This document shows positions 63,053 through 64,000 of a stretch of 64,000 bases of DNA, in pieces (the first letter of the stretch is position 1; each line of letters opens with the position of its first letter). The stretch lies in IMG/VR virus record IMGVR_UViG_3300042691_031247; one strand, 5' to 3'. The position numbers and the translations under genes were made by a program. The notes under the pieces are model-generated. The model worked only from the letters and a program-made list of their open reading frames with translations. It did no database searches and was not told the origin of the DNA. This stretch comes from a virus (lineage: Duplodnaviria > Caudoviricetes).

Positions 63053-63320
63053 TTTTTCCGTCCTTGGGTTTACGTTTCTTTACCGGTTTTTCTACCGTTC
63101 GTTCAAATTTTCGCAGCAGGTCAGTTACGGCGTCTTGTACGTCAAACGTTTTGCCCAGCTCGTCAAATGCAGATGGTTCGGGTAGGTACGGGTCTTCTTT
63201 GCCTTCTTTAAGCGCGGCGTTGTACTCCCGGATTAGTTCAATTTTGCGCGAGCCGAGCGCAGTGTTAACAACCCGGAGGGCTTCGTAGACCAGCTGTGCT
63301 TCTTGCGCGGTGAGTTTCAT
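63036..63320 (-). CDS. Hypothetical protein
   Basis: GGAG RBS; overlaps its neighbour. Confidence 0.6.
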   Translation of the reverse strand: MKLTAQEAQLVYEALRVVNTALGSRKIELIREYNAALKEGKEDPYLPEPSAFDELGKTFDVQDAVTDLLRKFERTVEKPVKKRKPKDGKNERRT

Positions 63321-63321
63321 G

Positions 63322-63915
63322 TTACTCCGCCATTGCTACAACGCGGCGTCGGTTTTTCTTTTCGGTCAACGTTGCCGGTTCAACGTGTTTGAGTTGTGAC
63401 CCCGGAATCAGCGCGGCCATGTGGTGCAGAAACGTCTGTTCAAACTCGTCTTTAGTCAGGTCAGAGTAGGTGCCCATGCTACCTTTGTGGTACACCATCT
63501 CGCCGCGGTAGAGCAGCTTGCCTTCCTTGGTCATTCTGCATTTCCACGAGCACAAACAACCAGACCGCCGATTCCACACCTCAAGCCCGACTATGACGTC
63601 TTCTTTTCTGACGTATTTGCCGCACTTACCGACCGGGATTTCTAGCTCTTCGAGATCCTGATCGTAGTGCGGGACAATGATATCTTTGGCGCTGTCCCAA
63701 ACCGCTGGGATACATGTGTCCATAAAAGCCGCGTGCTGCCGGGCGAGCTGGTCGTCTTTCTTTTTTTCTTTAGCTATCAGCTCGTCGCAAATTTTTCTTT
63801 GCTGAGCCACGATCAAGCCTAAAAGCTCATGGTTTTGTTGTTCCACTTTTGTCCTCAATGACATCCCAGCCAATGTGCCCGAATACTCTTTTGGTGGCGC
63901 GAAAATCGTCACCAT
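63322..63915 (-). CDS. Hypothetical protein
   Basis: 197-aa ORF. Confidence 0.6.
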   Translation of the reverse strand: MVTIFAPPKEYSGTLAGMSLRTKVEQQNHELLGLIVAQQRKICDELIAKEKKKDDQLARQHAAFMDTCIPAVWDSAKDIIVPHYDQDLEELEIPVGKCGKYVRKEDVIVGLEVWNRRSGCLCSWKCRMTKEGKLLYRGEMVYHKGSMGTYSDLTKDEFEQTFLHHMAALIPGSQLKHVEPATLTEKKNRRRVVAMAE

Positions 63916-64000
63916 TGTCTAGCCCGGGCACTATCAGCACGAGGGTTTTGTTTTTCTTATCAATGCGAAACGTGGTGCCAGATCTGGGTATTCCCCACAC

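Noticed and set aside
144-63645. Plus-strand ORFs in the track (e.g. 14742-15251, 34399-35361, 39266-40009, 62558-63211)
   Set aside because: They are antisense shadows of well-supported minus-strand genes in GC-rich DNA, with no motifs of their own
1-64000. Stop-codon reassignment (alternative genetic code) as seen in some large phages
   Set aside because: Long conserved genes (PolA, SbcC, the 3718-aa fibre) are uninterrupted in the standard code, and TAG, TGA and TAA all end genes
1-64000. Eukaryotic giant virus or bacterial chromosome origin
   Set aside because: Shine-Dalgarno sites, intrinsic terminators, DnaG/DnaB/PolA/RuvC, fibre genes, single-strand gene orientation and the absence of housekeeping operons point to a bacteriophage

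Overview
A 64-kb segment of a large (probably jumbo) tailed dsDNA bacteriophage, GC-rich and densely packed, with every credible gene on the minus strand. In window order there are five blocks. (1) 1-15.5 kb: a fibre/adhesin cluster, including a 3718-aa protein with about 16 LamG/ConA-like modules, a fibre carrying an arylsulfate-sulfotransferase-like propeller, and a collagen-like protein. (2) 15.5-34 kb: dTMP kinase, a degenerate RelA/SpoT-type HD protein, two glycosyltransferase-like genes, a probable portal, RuvC and many hypotheticals. (3) 34-50 kb: a replication/recombination operon (RecA/UvsX-like, probable SSB, UDG-fused family A polymerase, DnaG primase, DnaB helicase, UvsW-like SF2 helicase, SbcC/SbcD). 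(4) 51-56 kb: two tRNAs flanking a GIY-YIG-like gene, an HTH/deoxyhypusine-synthase-like fusion and a HUH-less Rep-like gene. (5) 56-64 kb: small accessory genes, MazG, a SEC-C protein and a ParB-like gene beside a structured intergenic region. The most striking item is a translationally coupled gene pair at 45055-46495, embedded between SbcC and the SF2 helicase. It encodes a stand-alone RAMP/Cas7-like protein and an apparently nuclease-dead IS110/Nop-like protein, two folds known from RNA-guided systems, with no CRISPR array, cas1 or transposon ends in the window. All domain calls are by-eye motif recognition, not database searches.
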